NCBI GenBank assembly: GCA_013239625.1
Contig: MU055753.1
Location: 2,472,702 to 2,536,701, forward strand
DNA from: Lama guanicoe
Lineage: Eukaryota
Reading direction: 5' to 3'
DNA: 64,000 bases
A program made the translations under genes and the position numbers. The notes under the pieces were generated by a model. The model made no database searches and was not told where the DNA came from. It saw only the letters and a program-made list of their open reading frames with translations. Below are positions 37,601 through 60,200 of this stretch, one piece after another (position 1 is the stretch's first letter; each line of letters starts with the position of its first letter).

Positions 37601-40600
37601 AATTCCCCCACCTACAGGACCACAGAGCCACTGGCAGGATAGCCTGGCCTGTGCCCTTCTCTGCCATGCTCTCAAAAATTCCGGGTTGGGAGGGGTCTTC
37701 TGAGGGTCTCTCAGCTCCCTGGAGACGGCCAGGGCAGGAGGAGGCTGTGGTGCCGACTCCCTAAGGCGTGTGTGTTCCACCTCTGCCCTGCGCAGGCTCA
37801 GGGGCCAGGCCAGGGAATGCCCCAGGCCAGAGCCGGTCCAGGACTCAGGAAGGCTGTGCTTGGTTCACAGGTTCCCGAGCAGGTGCCGAACCAAGCCCAC
37901 CCCAGGGAGGCAGCTCATCAGGTGCCCCTGCACCCCCTGAGGAGATCTGGGTGCTGAGAAAGCCCTTTGCAGGTAGGTGGCGGGCAGCCACACTTCTGTA
38001 AGGCAGCACTGGACTAGGCCGGGCCAGCACTGGCAGACGATGCTCTCTCCTGCTGGCAGGTGGGGACCGCAGTGGCAGCTTGAGCAGTGTGGCTGGTGGC
38101 CGGAGCAGTGGGGGCCACACCCTACATGCAGGCTCTGAAGGGGTCAAGGTAGGTGGGGTAGTGGCAGGACCGGGGTGGCCTCTGGCTGGAGCAGCCCTGG
38201 CCAGCTGGCCTGTCTGGGTTGCAGCTCCTGGCAACAGTGCTCTCCCAGAAGCCTGTCTCCGACTCCAGCCCCGGGGACAGCCCTGTCAAGCCTCCGGAGG
38301 GCTCCGCAGGTAAGAGCAAGGATGCGGTACTGCTGGCCTGGCAGGGAGGTAGTCCCCAGGCAGCCCTTGCCCCACCACACCCTCTTGTCCCCAGGTGCCA
38401 CCCGGTCCCAGCCTCCAGTGGCCCATGCTGGGCAGGTCTATGGGGAACAGCCACCCAAGAAGCCAGAGGCAGCATCAGAGGGCAAGGTACAGAGGCTGGG
38501 CCGGCTGCAGGGAGGGGCGCCTGGGGCAGCCTGCCTGGCTTGGCCACAGTGCAGCCAGGGCCCTTGACAGGCCAGGCCAGGCCCGTCCTTCTGTCCATCT
38601 GTCTGTGTGTGTAGGTGTTGTCTGTTGTATGGGCTATGCATGTAAGCTTGTGTGTCTAGGAGGTGTGACACAGGCGTGCAGTGAACTGGGGGGTGTGCTT
38701 GTGTGGCTGGTTTGATTGCAAGCCGGGCACGTGTATGCATATGTGTGCGTGTGGATGGGCAGGGGTGTGAGACTAGACAGTGTGTGTACATGGCTGAGAT
38801 AGGTCCGGTGTGCTGCACCTGCGTGCTAGGGGAGGCGAGCTGCTGGCTGAGTCCTCTGCAGACCTCTGGGAAGAGCCCACCTTCTAGGGTGGGGAGGGGC
38901 AGCACTAGGTGCTCCTTCCTGAGGCCCCATTCCTAGTGCCCCTCCCATGGGACCACACTCCAGGGTGTCCCTGGGACAGGAATGGGGGGGACTGTCAGGG
39001 AAGCCTATGATGTGGACAGCAGCTGGACCTTCCCGGTGGAGATCACAGAAGGAGGCTGAAGTGCTGGACGATGCTCAAGACGGCAGCATCCAGAACCACA
39101 GCGTGAGGAGGAGCAGCGGTGCCAGGCTGACCAGGCCCTGGCTGCAGATGGCCCAGTGGACGGCAGATTGAACTGCACGGTCTTCGGCTGAGCAGAGAAT
39201 GAGGCACTGCGGTGGCTGGGATGCATGCCTGGCAGGTGAGCGGGCGGGCGAGCCTGCAGCGGGTGCCTTGTGTCTTCCAGAGCACCGAGGCTGTCAGCCA
39301 GTGGCTTGCCACGTTCCAGCTACAGCTCTACGCCCCCAACTTCATCAGTGCTGGCTACGACCTGCCCACCATCAGCCGCATGACCCCTGAGGTGAGCTAC
39401 CTGAAGCCTGGCCACCCAGAGATGGGCCTCCAGCCTCCAACTAACAGGCCTCTCCTCTACTTAGGACCTCACGGCCATTGGGGTCACCAAGCCGGGCCAC
39501 CGGAAGAAGATTACTGCAGAGATCAGTGGCCTGAGCATCCCTGACTGGCTGCCTGAGCACAAACCCGTAAGGCCCCCTGCACCCCGGTGGCCAGGCCAGG
39601 ATGGGCAGACAGACAGACTGCCTCCCTGGCTACAGCCCTCCCCTGCCCTCTGGGGAATCCGGGGAGAGGAGAGCAGAGGATGGCCCCTGTCCCTCTGTCA
39701 GGGGCACTGGGGCAGGGGCAAGAGGGGACAGCCTCTGAGGGCCGTCAGGGCAAAAGGAGCTGGAAGCCTGGAGAGTCCCCATCTCTACTACGTGCTCAAC
39801 ACTCAGGCTGCCACACAAGGACACCGGTGCCACCAGGCACTCCTGTACCGTTGCCCATCGCACACACACCCAGACACTGTGGAGGGGCTGTGTTGATAGG
39901 GCATGCTCGCACACACCCAGGCACACACGTGGGGGAGATGTGTGTGTGTGCGCTTCGTGTACACAGGCAGCACACGTGTACTAAGTACACTCTGGGCGCC
40001 AATCAATGACTGCACATGCTGGCTGCCCTGATGGCTGACAGCCACATAGGCAGTGGCCCGTGCTGTCACAGACAGGCACCCCTGTGGTGGGACAGGTTCT
40101 GGACTGGGAGAAGAAGACTGTCGCATCCTTGCTGCCTCTCTGGGCCTCATGCTGTGCTTCAGGCTCCCACACATCCATGAGGGAGATGCTGTGGGTTGGT
40201 GACAAGCAGGTTCATGTTTGTCCACCCTGCTTCGCCCCACTCAGTCAGCGGCTCAGGGCCCCTCCCAGCCAGCACGTCTGGGTCCCATGGGCCTCACTGT
40301 GCTTGCACCCAGGGGGTGATCAAGTGTGCTGTGTGGAGGTGTGTGAGTGATATTGAGCTGGGAGTGTGTGGACGGGTGGATGCCATTCAGGGAGCCACCA
40401 GCTGGTTCTGGGTAAAGACCAACACAGATGCTTGCACATGCGTGTGACATGGTATGTGAGGTGTGCCTGCGCTGGTGGGGAACTGGTGAGCGTGACTCAG
40501 CAGGGTGTCAGTGCCCGTGTGTGGCTGAGATGCAGGGTGTGTGTATACCTGTATCTGGTTGGTGCTGTGTGTCTGCGTCCACGATGTGTGGGGTGTGTCC

Positions 40601-43600
40601 ACTTGAGTGCTGTCCCTGTGGCTGCTTGGGCAAGTGAGGAAGCACGTTCTTTGCTGTCCCCCAAAGGGTGTCCTGAGGAAAGGGTCACCCCTGTGTGTGT
40701 TTGCATGTGTTGGTACGCGTGTGTGAGCTGGCCTTGGGCTCCTGTCAAGGCGGCCCTGCCTCCAAAGCTGACACCTCCAGCCTGTCCGTTTGTCCTTTTG
40801 TCTGTCTGTACGGGGCTGGCCCGGTGCCCCTTCCTCTGACAGCTCCAAGTGGTGGGCAGGGTGTGGGCAGCCAGCTCGGGCTGCCCTCTGTGTCCCCTGC
40901 TCCGTAGGCTAACCTGGCTGTGTGGCTGTCCATGATCGGCCTGGCCCAGTACTACAAGGTGCTGGTGGACAACGGCTACGAGAATATCGACTTCATCACC
41001 GACATCACCTGGGAGGATCTGCAGGAGATCGGCATCACCAAGCTGGGTGAGGCCTCACCCGACCCCTGCTGCCTCCTGGTCCTTGCCACCCTCCCTGGCC
41101 TTACCTTCCCTGTGCCCTACTCAGGACACCAGAAGAAGCTAATGCTGGCAGTGAGGAAACTGGCGGAGCTACAGAAGGCAGAGTATGCCAAGTATGAGGG
41201 GGGACCCCTGCGCCGGAAGGTACCACAGTCGCTTGAAGTGATGGCCATTGAGTCGCCACCCCCACCTGAGCCTGCCCCAGCTGACTGCCAGTCTCCTAAG
41301 ATGACCACCTTCCAGGACAGTGAGCTCAGCGGTGAGCTGCAGGCTGCCATGACTGGCCCGGCCGAAGGGGCTGCTGCCGCTGCCGCTGCCACTGCTGAGA
41401 AGCCCTCCAACCACCTGCCGCCCACCCCAAGGGCCTCTATGCGGCCAGAGCCCAGCCTCGGTGGGCGGGCTCGGCACATGAGCAGTTCTCAGGAGCTGCT
41501 GGGCGATGGACCCCCTGGGCCTGGCAGCCCCATGTCACGAAGCCAGGAGTACCTGCTGGATGAGGGGCCAGCCCCAGGGACACCCCCCAAGGAGGCCCGG
41601 CCCAGCCGCCACGGCCACAGCATCAAGCGGGCCAGCGTGCCCCCAGTGCCTGGCAAGCCACGGCAGGTCCTTCCACCAGGTGCCAGCCACTTCACACCCC
41701 CGCAGACGCCCACAAAAGCCCGGCCAAGCTCCCCCCAGGCTGTGGGGGGGCCTCATGGCCCAGCCCCAGCCACAGCCAAGGTGAAGCCCACCCCCCAGCT
41801 GCTGCCACCAGCAGAGCGACCCATGTCACCTCGCTCGCTGCCTCAGTCACCCACACACCGTGGCTTTGCCTATGTGCTGCCCCAACCCGTGGAGAGCGAG
41901 GCAGGGCCGGCTGCTCCAGGGCCTGCACCTGCGGCTGTTCCCACGACTGTGCCCATGCTGTGCCTGCCCCCCGAGGCTGATGTGGAGCCAGAGCGGCCCA
42001 AGAAGCGTGCCCACAGCCTGAATCGCTACGCAGCGTCTGACAGCGAGCCGGAGCGGGACGAGCTGCTGGTGCCGGCGGCTGCAGGGCCCTATGCCACAGT
42101 CCAGCGGCGTGTGGGACGCAGCCACTCTGTGCGGGCTCCTGCTGGTGCCGACAAGAACGTTAACCGCAGCCAGTCATTCGCTGTGCGACCAAGAAAGAAG
42201 GGGCCCCCACCACCCCCGCCCAAGCGCTCCAGCTCAGCCATGGCCAGTGCCAACCTGGCCGATGAGTCGGTGCCAGATGCGGAGACCGAGGAGGCTGGGA
42301 CTGAGGACGGCCGGCTGGGGGTCCGGGCACAGCGCCGCCGGGCTAGTGATCTGGCTGGCAGTGTGGACACAGGAAGTGCTGGCAGCGTGAAGAGCATTGC
42401 AGCCATGCTCGAGTTGTCGTCCATTGGGGGTGGGGGCCGGGCAGCCCGCAGGCCCCCCGAGGGCCACCCCACACCTCGCCCTGCCAGCCCGGAGCCAGGG
42501 CGGGTGGCCACAGTGTTGGCTTCGGTGAAACACAAGGAGGCCATCGGGCCTGATGGTGAGGTGGTGAACCGGCGCCGCACGCTGAGTGGGCCCGTTACAG
42601 GACTTCTGGCCACTGCTCGCCGTAGTCCAGGAGAGCAGGGGCCCCCTGCAGATCACAGCCAGTTTGTGGAAGATGGCGCTGCCCGGCAGAGGCCTCGAGG
42701 TCCAGCCAAGGGCGAGGCGAGTGCAGAGGGACCGCCCCTGGCCAGGGTGGAGGCCAGTGCCACACTAAAGAGGCGCATCCGAGCCAAGCAGAGCCAGCAG
42801 GAGAACGTGAAGTTCATCCTAACTGAGTCCGACACTGTCAAGCGCCGGCCTAAGGCCAAGGAGCGGGAGGCAGGTCCTGAGCTACCCCCACCGCTGTCTG
42901 TGTACCAGAATGGAACGGGCACTGTGCGCCGCCGACCGGCCTCTGAGCAGGCTGGGCCCCCAGAGCTGCCCCCTCCACCTCCGCCTGCTGAGCCCCCGCC
43001 CTCTGACCTGATGCATCTGCCCCCGCTGCCCCCGCCCGACAGCGACACCCGGAAGCTGACCAAGCCGCCTGTCTCTCCCAAGCCCGTTCTGGCTCAGCCT
43101 GTGCCCAAGATCCAGGGCTCACCCACACCTGCCTCCAAGAAGGTGCCGCTGCCAGGTCCGGGCAGCCCAGGTAGGTGCAGGGAGCCTGCTAGGGAACCCT
43201 CACCCCGCTGCCAGCTTCCCACTCCATGGCCTGAGGGGTTTTCCATTTCTTGGATTTGATAAAGACCAGGTGAAGTGGGGTGGGAAAGTGTTCCCTCTCA
43301 TCCATCCATCCACCCACTGGACTGCTCCACCAGCCCAGAGCTGGGACAAGGGTAGATGAATCCACACATTGCTCAGTGAGCCATGAATAGCAGCACCTGT
43401 GAAAGAAAGAGGTTGGGCCCATGATGCTGGAAGGGTCAGGGAGGATTCTGACCTGGCTGGAGAGTAACCCCAGCACAGGAGGGAGGGGAGAGGCTTTCAG
43501 GCATAAGGATCAGAGGTGCAAAGGCCCTGTAGCATTTAAGCAACTGAAGGGTCAGTGGCTGCAGTAGGCCACACCTGGAGAGGGATGGAGGTGGGGGTGG

Positions 43601-44718
43601 GCTGGCCCGGGTTTGGAAGCAGTCACCTAAGCAGGTGTGCACTGGGAAGCCCGACCCCTGGCAGCCTCAGGGAGGCCCAGGGCTTGAGGGTTGCGGAGGG
43701 ATGAGGCCTTAGCAGTGCAGAGGGTGTTACCTTAGCGCTGCGGCAGGGCCTCTCCTGGGGTGGGCCGCGCGCGCTCCTCGTTACCTCCCACCCGGTGCCA
43801 GTCTCCTCCTTCCCGCAGAGGTGAAGCGTGCTCATGGCACGCCGCCGCCCGTGTCTCCCAAGCCGCCGCCGCCGCCCACTGCGCCCAAGCCGGCCAAGGC
43901 CGCGGCGGGGCTGCAGTCGGGCAGCACCAGTCCGTCGCCGGCGCCCTCGCCGGCACGCCAGCCGCCCGCCGCCCTCGCCAAGCCGGCCAGCACGCCACCC
44001 TCACTGAGCGCCAGCCCCGCCAGGCCCCCGTCCCCCGGTGCACCCGCGCTGCACGTGCCCGCCAAGCCGCCGCGCGCCGCTGCCGCCGCCGCCGCCGCCA
44101 CTGGGCCTCCAGCTGCGCCCGATGGTGCCTCGCCTGGGGACAGCGTCCGGCAGAAGCTGGAGGAAACGAGCGCGTGCCTGGCAGCGGCGCTGCAGGCCGT
44201 AGAAGAGAAGATCCGACAGGAGGACGCGCAGGGCTCACGGTAGGTGCGGGACGGGGTCCGGCATGGGCGGAGGTAAGGCCTACAGGAGAATGCTGCCTGA
44301 GAGCGCTTCAAGGGTGCCCTGCGAGGGCGGAGCCGAGTCGCACTGAAGGGGCACGGTCTGGAGCAGGCCCCGCCCATACATCGCGGGTCGGGGCCCTGGT
44401 TGGGCGGGGTCTGCGAGCTGGCGGGGTCTGCGAGCTTTCCCAGTCCTCGCACCAGGCTGCAGTGCGTGGGCTGGATTCGGGGGCGGGGTGGATGGTGTAG
44501 GGGCGTGAACTACTCTGGCCCCACCCCGAAGCGAGGGCGTGGCCTCAATGAGAGGAAGAACGGGACTTGGGGCGGGACATTCTGCATCGACCCTGTCTAC
44601 TCACGCCGCGCCCGCCCCCAGCCCCTCGGCCGCAGAGAAGAGCACCGGCAGCATCCTGGATGACATTGGTAGCATGTTCGACGACCTGGCCGACCAGCTG
44701 GACGCCATGCTGGAGTGA
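34601..44718 (+). CDS. CASKIN1: CASK-interacting protein 1 (ankyrin repeats, SH3, two SAM domains, Pro-rich tail), coding exons 2-20
   Basis: Exons 34601-34652, 34760-34857, 35040-35185, 35268-35363, 35490-35620, 36106-36214, 36298-36406, 36497-36591, 36760-36877, 37871-37972, 38060-38148, 38225-38309, 38395-38486, 39281-39391, 39465-39566, 40908-41046, 41125-43170, 43819-44239, 44622-44718. CASK-binding EEIWVLRK motif; C-terminus [22 protein letters not shown]. Confidence 0.96.
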
Positions 44719-45313
44719 CGCGGCCGCCCACGTCGGGCCCGCCCGCGCCGCATGGGTTCTGGCCCGCACACTGACCTTTACCTCAGGATGGGCACCTCGT
44801 GGCGTGGCGCGAGCGAGCAGGGCGACGGGCCAAGGGGAGCCGGGCGCAGGGGATAGCCCTCCAAGTGGCTGCAGGCACGAGGCGGGGGCAGGCCGTGCTG
44901 CCCAGCCCCTGCACAAGCACAACTCCTGCCCCCTGAGCCTAGCCGGGAGGACTGCCTGGCTGGGGGACCCAAGGGCTCTGGGCAGATGCTGTTGCCCCGT
45001 GGGTGCCCGTCCCTATCTGCTGCTCCCTGTGCAATAACTGCTGGGCCATCTGCCCACCCACCACCAAGCTCTGCCTGCTGTGGGTGGAGGAGGGGCAGCC
45101 CCTGAAACCCCTGCCCTGAGTCCAGGTGAGGCAGCGGGAGTGGGGCAGCCGCTGTAGTCCCCTCCCCAATCTGTGGCAGAGCACAGGCCTATGCCCAGCA
45201 CAGAACTGCCCATTGGGGTCCTCTGCCAGCCGCTCTGGCGCAGCACAAGGGGCTGGGGTTGGGGCCCCTGCTCCACTGCACCCCCCAGAATATAAGCTAT
45301 CGAAGAGTATTAA

Positions 45314-45319
45314 TTTATT
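45314..45319 (-). terminator. distal TRAF7 poly(A) signal
   Basis: Minus-strand AATAAA in an AT-rich block; proximal candidate at 46562-46567. Confidence 0.6.
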
Positions 45320-46302
45320 GGGAATGAGCTGAGGCAGATTTCCCCAGAGAAACAAAAAGTTATAACTTTAACAAATATATATTTAAAGAAAGAAAAAATA
45401 TTATTGATTCTATAGAAAACCATTTACCAACTGCAAGGACACTGGAATCTAGCTCAAGACAAAAGCTGTTAGAGGTCCAGGCCATCTGTCTGTGTGTCCT
45501 TCCCTCCCTCCATCCAGGAGTGGCCAGACCCCTGGCCCAGTAGCACAAACAGGAGGCTGGGGTCCGGGGAGGGGGTCCATGTTCCACCAGGGCCTCCCCT
45601 CTGCTCTCTCTCCTAACTTCTCTGCATCTGAAGAACTTGAAGGATGTGCCTTGCTCGCTGCTGGGCTGTGTCCTCCACGCGGTGGAGACAATGGAGAGGG
45701 CTCCTCCTCTCTCGGGGGTGCTGGCATGAGGGTGCCCCTGGGCTTCAGGGGAGCTGTGTACACAGTGTGGTGAATGTGGGTGTGTCAGCTGGGTGGCAAC
45801 AGTGGGTGCGAGGCGTGCGTGCCAGGCTGCGTGTGGCTCATGTGAGGGTGTACCCGACTCTCCCTCCCTGGGGTCCCCAAGCTGGCTCCTTGCAGCCAGC
45901 CCACCCCCATTTGAGTTCCCACGGACGCTCTGCTCGTGGTTCAAGGCCGTGTTGTGTGGTCGTTCTCGCCTTCTCTTCCTCCCTCTACCCCCTCCAAAAA
46001 ATACTGACTGGCCTCCTCTATCGTCTTTGCTGATTCACATGTGTTGGGCACAACTTTGACATTTCTTTAAAAAAAAAAAAAAGAATTAAAAAACGCCGAA
46101 AACCAGCGATTGTGATTCGGGCAGGTGGAGGGGGTCTGCCGAGGTGGTGTCTGGACATGTGGGACCCCTTCCAGCAGTCACATCCTGACACTTCCCCAGG
46201 TGGAGTGCCTGGCCATCTCCCTGGCCTCTCCTCAGTGGGTGGCCCAGGCCAGGGCCAGCAGGTGGGGAGGGGGGGCCAGGCAGGGAACTACTGTTAGCTG
46301 TC

Positions 46303-46308
46303 AATAAA
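46303..46308 (+). terminator. CASKIN1 poly(A) signal
   Basis: First canonical AATAAA on + after the stop at 44718. Confidence 0.7.
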
Positions 46309-46591
46309 CAGCAGAAAATGGATCACTGCTGCCTGGACCACTTTTGGGGGGGGGTGTTGGGGGCAAGTTGGGGGCTAGCCTGTTCCTGGCAGGGAGAATT
46401 CACCAAAAAGGCTGCTCCTGGGGTTGTCAACAGGAGCTGCCTGTGGTCCCTCCCCAGCTTCTTCCCCACTGGCTGCTGGGGCCTGTGTATCCCAGTGTCC
46501 TCAGGCAGCCTCCCCCTCCCCCTAACAGCCTTCCCCACTCACAGCCACAGTCTGTGCAGCTTTTATTTCAATCAAGAAGTAATCAAATCTA

Positions 46592-57224
<10,633 letters not shown>

Positions 57225-60200
57225 CTAGAGAGACATCTAGGGTCCTCGGGCAGCGTCCCCTGTGGGTGGAGCACAAATGAGGGGCTTTAGAGACAACAGC
57301 CAAGCCTCTGTCAGTTGGCCAGGGCTGCTCGCCACGGGCAGGGCTGCTCCCCACAGGCAGGCCTGCTCTGGCCGCCCTCTACCACCAATAACAAGCGTGG
57401 GTCCATGTGGGCAAAGTCCCTTCCCCGCCCTCTTGTCCCAGGTGTGCACAGGCCAGAGGAAAGGAGGAGGCCCCGGATGCAGGATGGCAGCTACCACTCA
57501 GTTCTACCTTCCTTTAAGGCTTAGCCCTTTGGAAAAGCCCACCAGCTCTGCCTCAGAGCTAGAGAGCCCCTCACCCCTGCTCTGTCTGCTTTTCTGGGTC
57601 CAAGGTCCGGATGTCCCTGGGGCCAAGGCTGGGTATACACAGCAAGACCAAGCCACATGCCAGGGCAGGTGTGGTCAGGCCCCAGCTAGCCCCAGTCTGC
57701 AGGATGGTGGAGACGCTGGTCACACCCTAGGAACCTGTCCGGTAACGTGACCAGAGCCCTGTCTCTCACCAGCCTCCGGACACAGAGAAAGCCCCTTTGG
57801 GTAGGGGAGGAAAGATGAGCTCAGATTCTCAACCTTGTGCAGGTCACTCACCCAGGAACCAAGGATGCCCTTTTGCCCCCCTCAGTGTGACTAATGTCTC
57901 ATGGGCTAGGGTGACAGGGAGAAGGCAGAAGGGGAATCATCCCAGGCCCCCAGTGACTGCCATCCCCCATGAAGGAAGGAGCTAAGGTGGGCCCCAGGAG
58001 AGCTGGCCAGCCCAGGTGTACCCACAGACTAGGGAAGAGATTAGAAAGAAGAGGAGACACAGGCAGCAACTCACACTGAGGATGGAACCCCAGAGAGCTA
58101 CTCCACTCCCGAGACAGCGCCCGCCCTCCGGTGGCCCTATCAGCAGGCACCTGCTCCAAGCAGTCTTCCAAATAGCAGGATCCACAGTAGTCTATAGCCA
58201 GGAGCACCGTCTCCCTCTATGGCAGTCGGCTGTGTTTAGTGCCAAGAGGCCCAAGCTTGAAGCCAAACTCCCCACAGGGAGGAAGGCCACATGCTCAGGA
58301 ACACTGCCACCAAGCCAACTTGGGGTCCCTGCCTCAGGAGACCCCTAGCAGCATCCCCTGGACACCACACTATGGGCTCATCACCCGCCACCCAGCCTAG
58401 CCATCAGAACAGCATCAGGAACTCCTGGGGGAGGCTGGGCTCATTTTGCTCCCGGGAGCGGCATGGCAGGCAGAGGCCCAACTGCTGTGGTCTGGAGGTC
58501 CCACAGGACTGCAAGAGACTCCAGGCGGAAAGGGCTGCCAAGCCCCCTGCACTGTAGGAGAAGGCAGGAGATGCTCTCTGCCCCAACCCAGTGTGAGTCC
58601 AGCAGAGAGCAACTGCACAGTCCAGCTAGTTCTGGTACCTTCCCCACCAGGTCCTCCTGACCTGGTCCATTTAACAGCGTCCATTCCCCACACCAAGTAC
58701 ACCACTGCCATGCACTGTGACCTGGGGTCCACCCAGCAGTCCCCCAGCCTGGCCCACGGGTCTGCAGGGAGGTAGTGGGCTCATCCCCTGCTGTCTCCTC
58801 ACCCTTCCCTCCCTGCTCACCCCTTCAAACACCGCTTGCACGCCACCCTCCCAAACTTTAAGACTCAGGCTTCAACAGGGCGGCTCTGGGCCCCCGCAGT
58901 TGGCACTGTTATGAGGCGCCTCCCGCCTCAGGGCTCTGAGGGCCCTGTGGGTCTGCCTAGATAGGGAATCCCGAGAGCTTGGCTAAAGCCTCCCTCTCCT
59001 GCCCACCACCCTCCCTGCTATGATTCAAGGGGCTTGGCTGTGTGCCCCAGCCCAGGCTCCCTGGTGGCCCATCCTCTCAGGGGAGAGAGAGGGGCTTTGG
59101 AGACTGGGCAGGGCTGAGCCCTCAGGCAGAGGTGTGCAATTGGTCTGTCCAGAAGCCTCACTTCCAGCTCCACTCCCAGCGCTGCTGTGGGTCTCCACGC
59201 CAAGCAGGAAGTCTCGGAGGCTGCCCTGCTTGGGGTGAGGACACCCTGGGTGGGGTGAGGCCTAGACAGCGGAAAACCTGGGAGCTCCAGGAATCGCCCC
59301 ATCAGCATGTAAAGCTCCGCCCTTTGGGGAAACCCAAGGTTGGCTTCAGCCTCAGCACCACGGGGCGCCATGAGGGGTGGGTATCACAGGGAGGCCACTG
59401 GCTGACACTGACCTTGATTTTACAATCCATCTGCTCCCTTCACTGCAAGCTCCCAGGGCCAAGAGGCCAGCTGCTGGCTTCAGTGAGCAACACCCACGGT
59501 CCGGGTGGCCAGGACCCCAGCAGGCACTCCCCACAGGACCGGAGCCAGCCTGCTGGCCCCCGTGGGTGTCGTGTGCCCGAGTGCCTGTTGCTGCAGCCTG
59601 GGAGAGCAGGCGTCTGGCTGTCCTGCGCTCTGAAGTGAAGTAAACAGAAAGGCACGCAGGGCTCGCAGGGCAACATGCAAATCGGGCCGGAAAGTCCCCA
59701 GACGACCAATAGCGGTCAGGCCCACGGCGATGACACACGACCCGACCCGATGGGGGACGTACAAGACTGGCTGGGGAGTTAAGCTGAGTGAGAGAAGGAG
59801 GGAGGGAACCATTTCCCGGTTCACACGGGTTCAGTGTGTCGCCCTAGCCAGGGACCCAGGGGTGGGCGGGACACTGTGCGCCCCGCCCACCCGGAACACA
59901 GCGATTTCATCCAGAGCATCTCAGAATTGAGCAAGAAGCCCTCAGCCCTCCCTTGCCCTCAGGGAGGTCCCCAGGGGCTGCATTTTGCAATAACAGTCTT
60001 CCCCAGTATCTATTGGCCCTGGAGACCAAAACCCCAGGAACACAACAGCATAGCTCAGCGCTCCCCTAGCTGGGCCCAGCTGTCCTGGGGTTGTCCCCTG
60101 GCCCCCCAGGGGAAGAGGCCTCTTCCCCACAGTCAGCCTGAGGTTCTCAGTCAGACAGGAAGTTGTCAACTAGAGCCAGACTCCTTACCTATCCCAGAGC

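Noticed and set aside
39236-39280. Strong donor CAG|GTGAGC upstream of CASKIN1 exon 15
   Set aside because: It would define a 45-nt intron, below the usual mammalian minimum.
36407-41124. Several stop-free 3n introns (CASKIN1 90, 168, 78 nt; MLST8 117 nt; TRAF7 90 nt)
   Set aside because: Expected by chance among about 55 short GC-rich introns; retention would break folded domains.
59351-59370. REST/RE1-like CTCAGCACCACGG; also ACACCACGGAGAG at about 29289 near CASKIN1
   Set aside because: Each matches only about half of the RE1 consensus; too weak to call.
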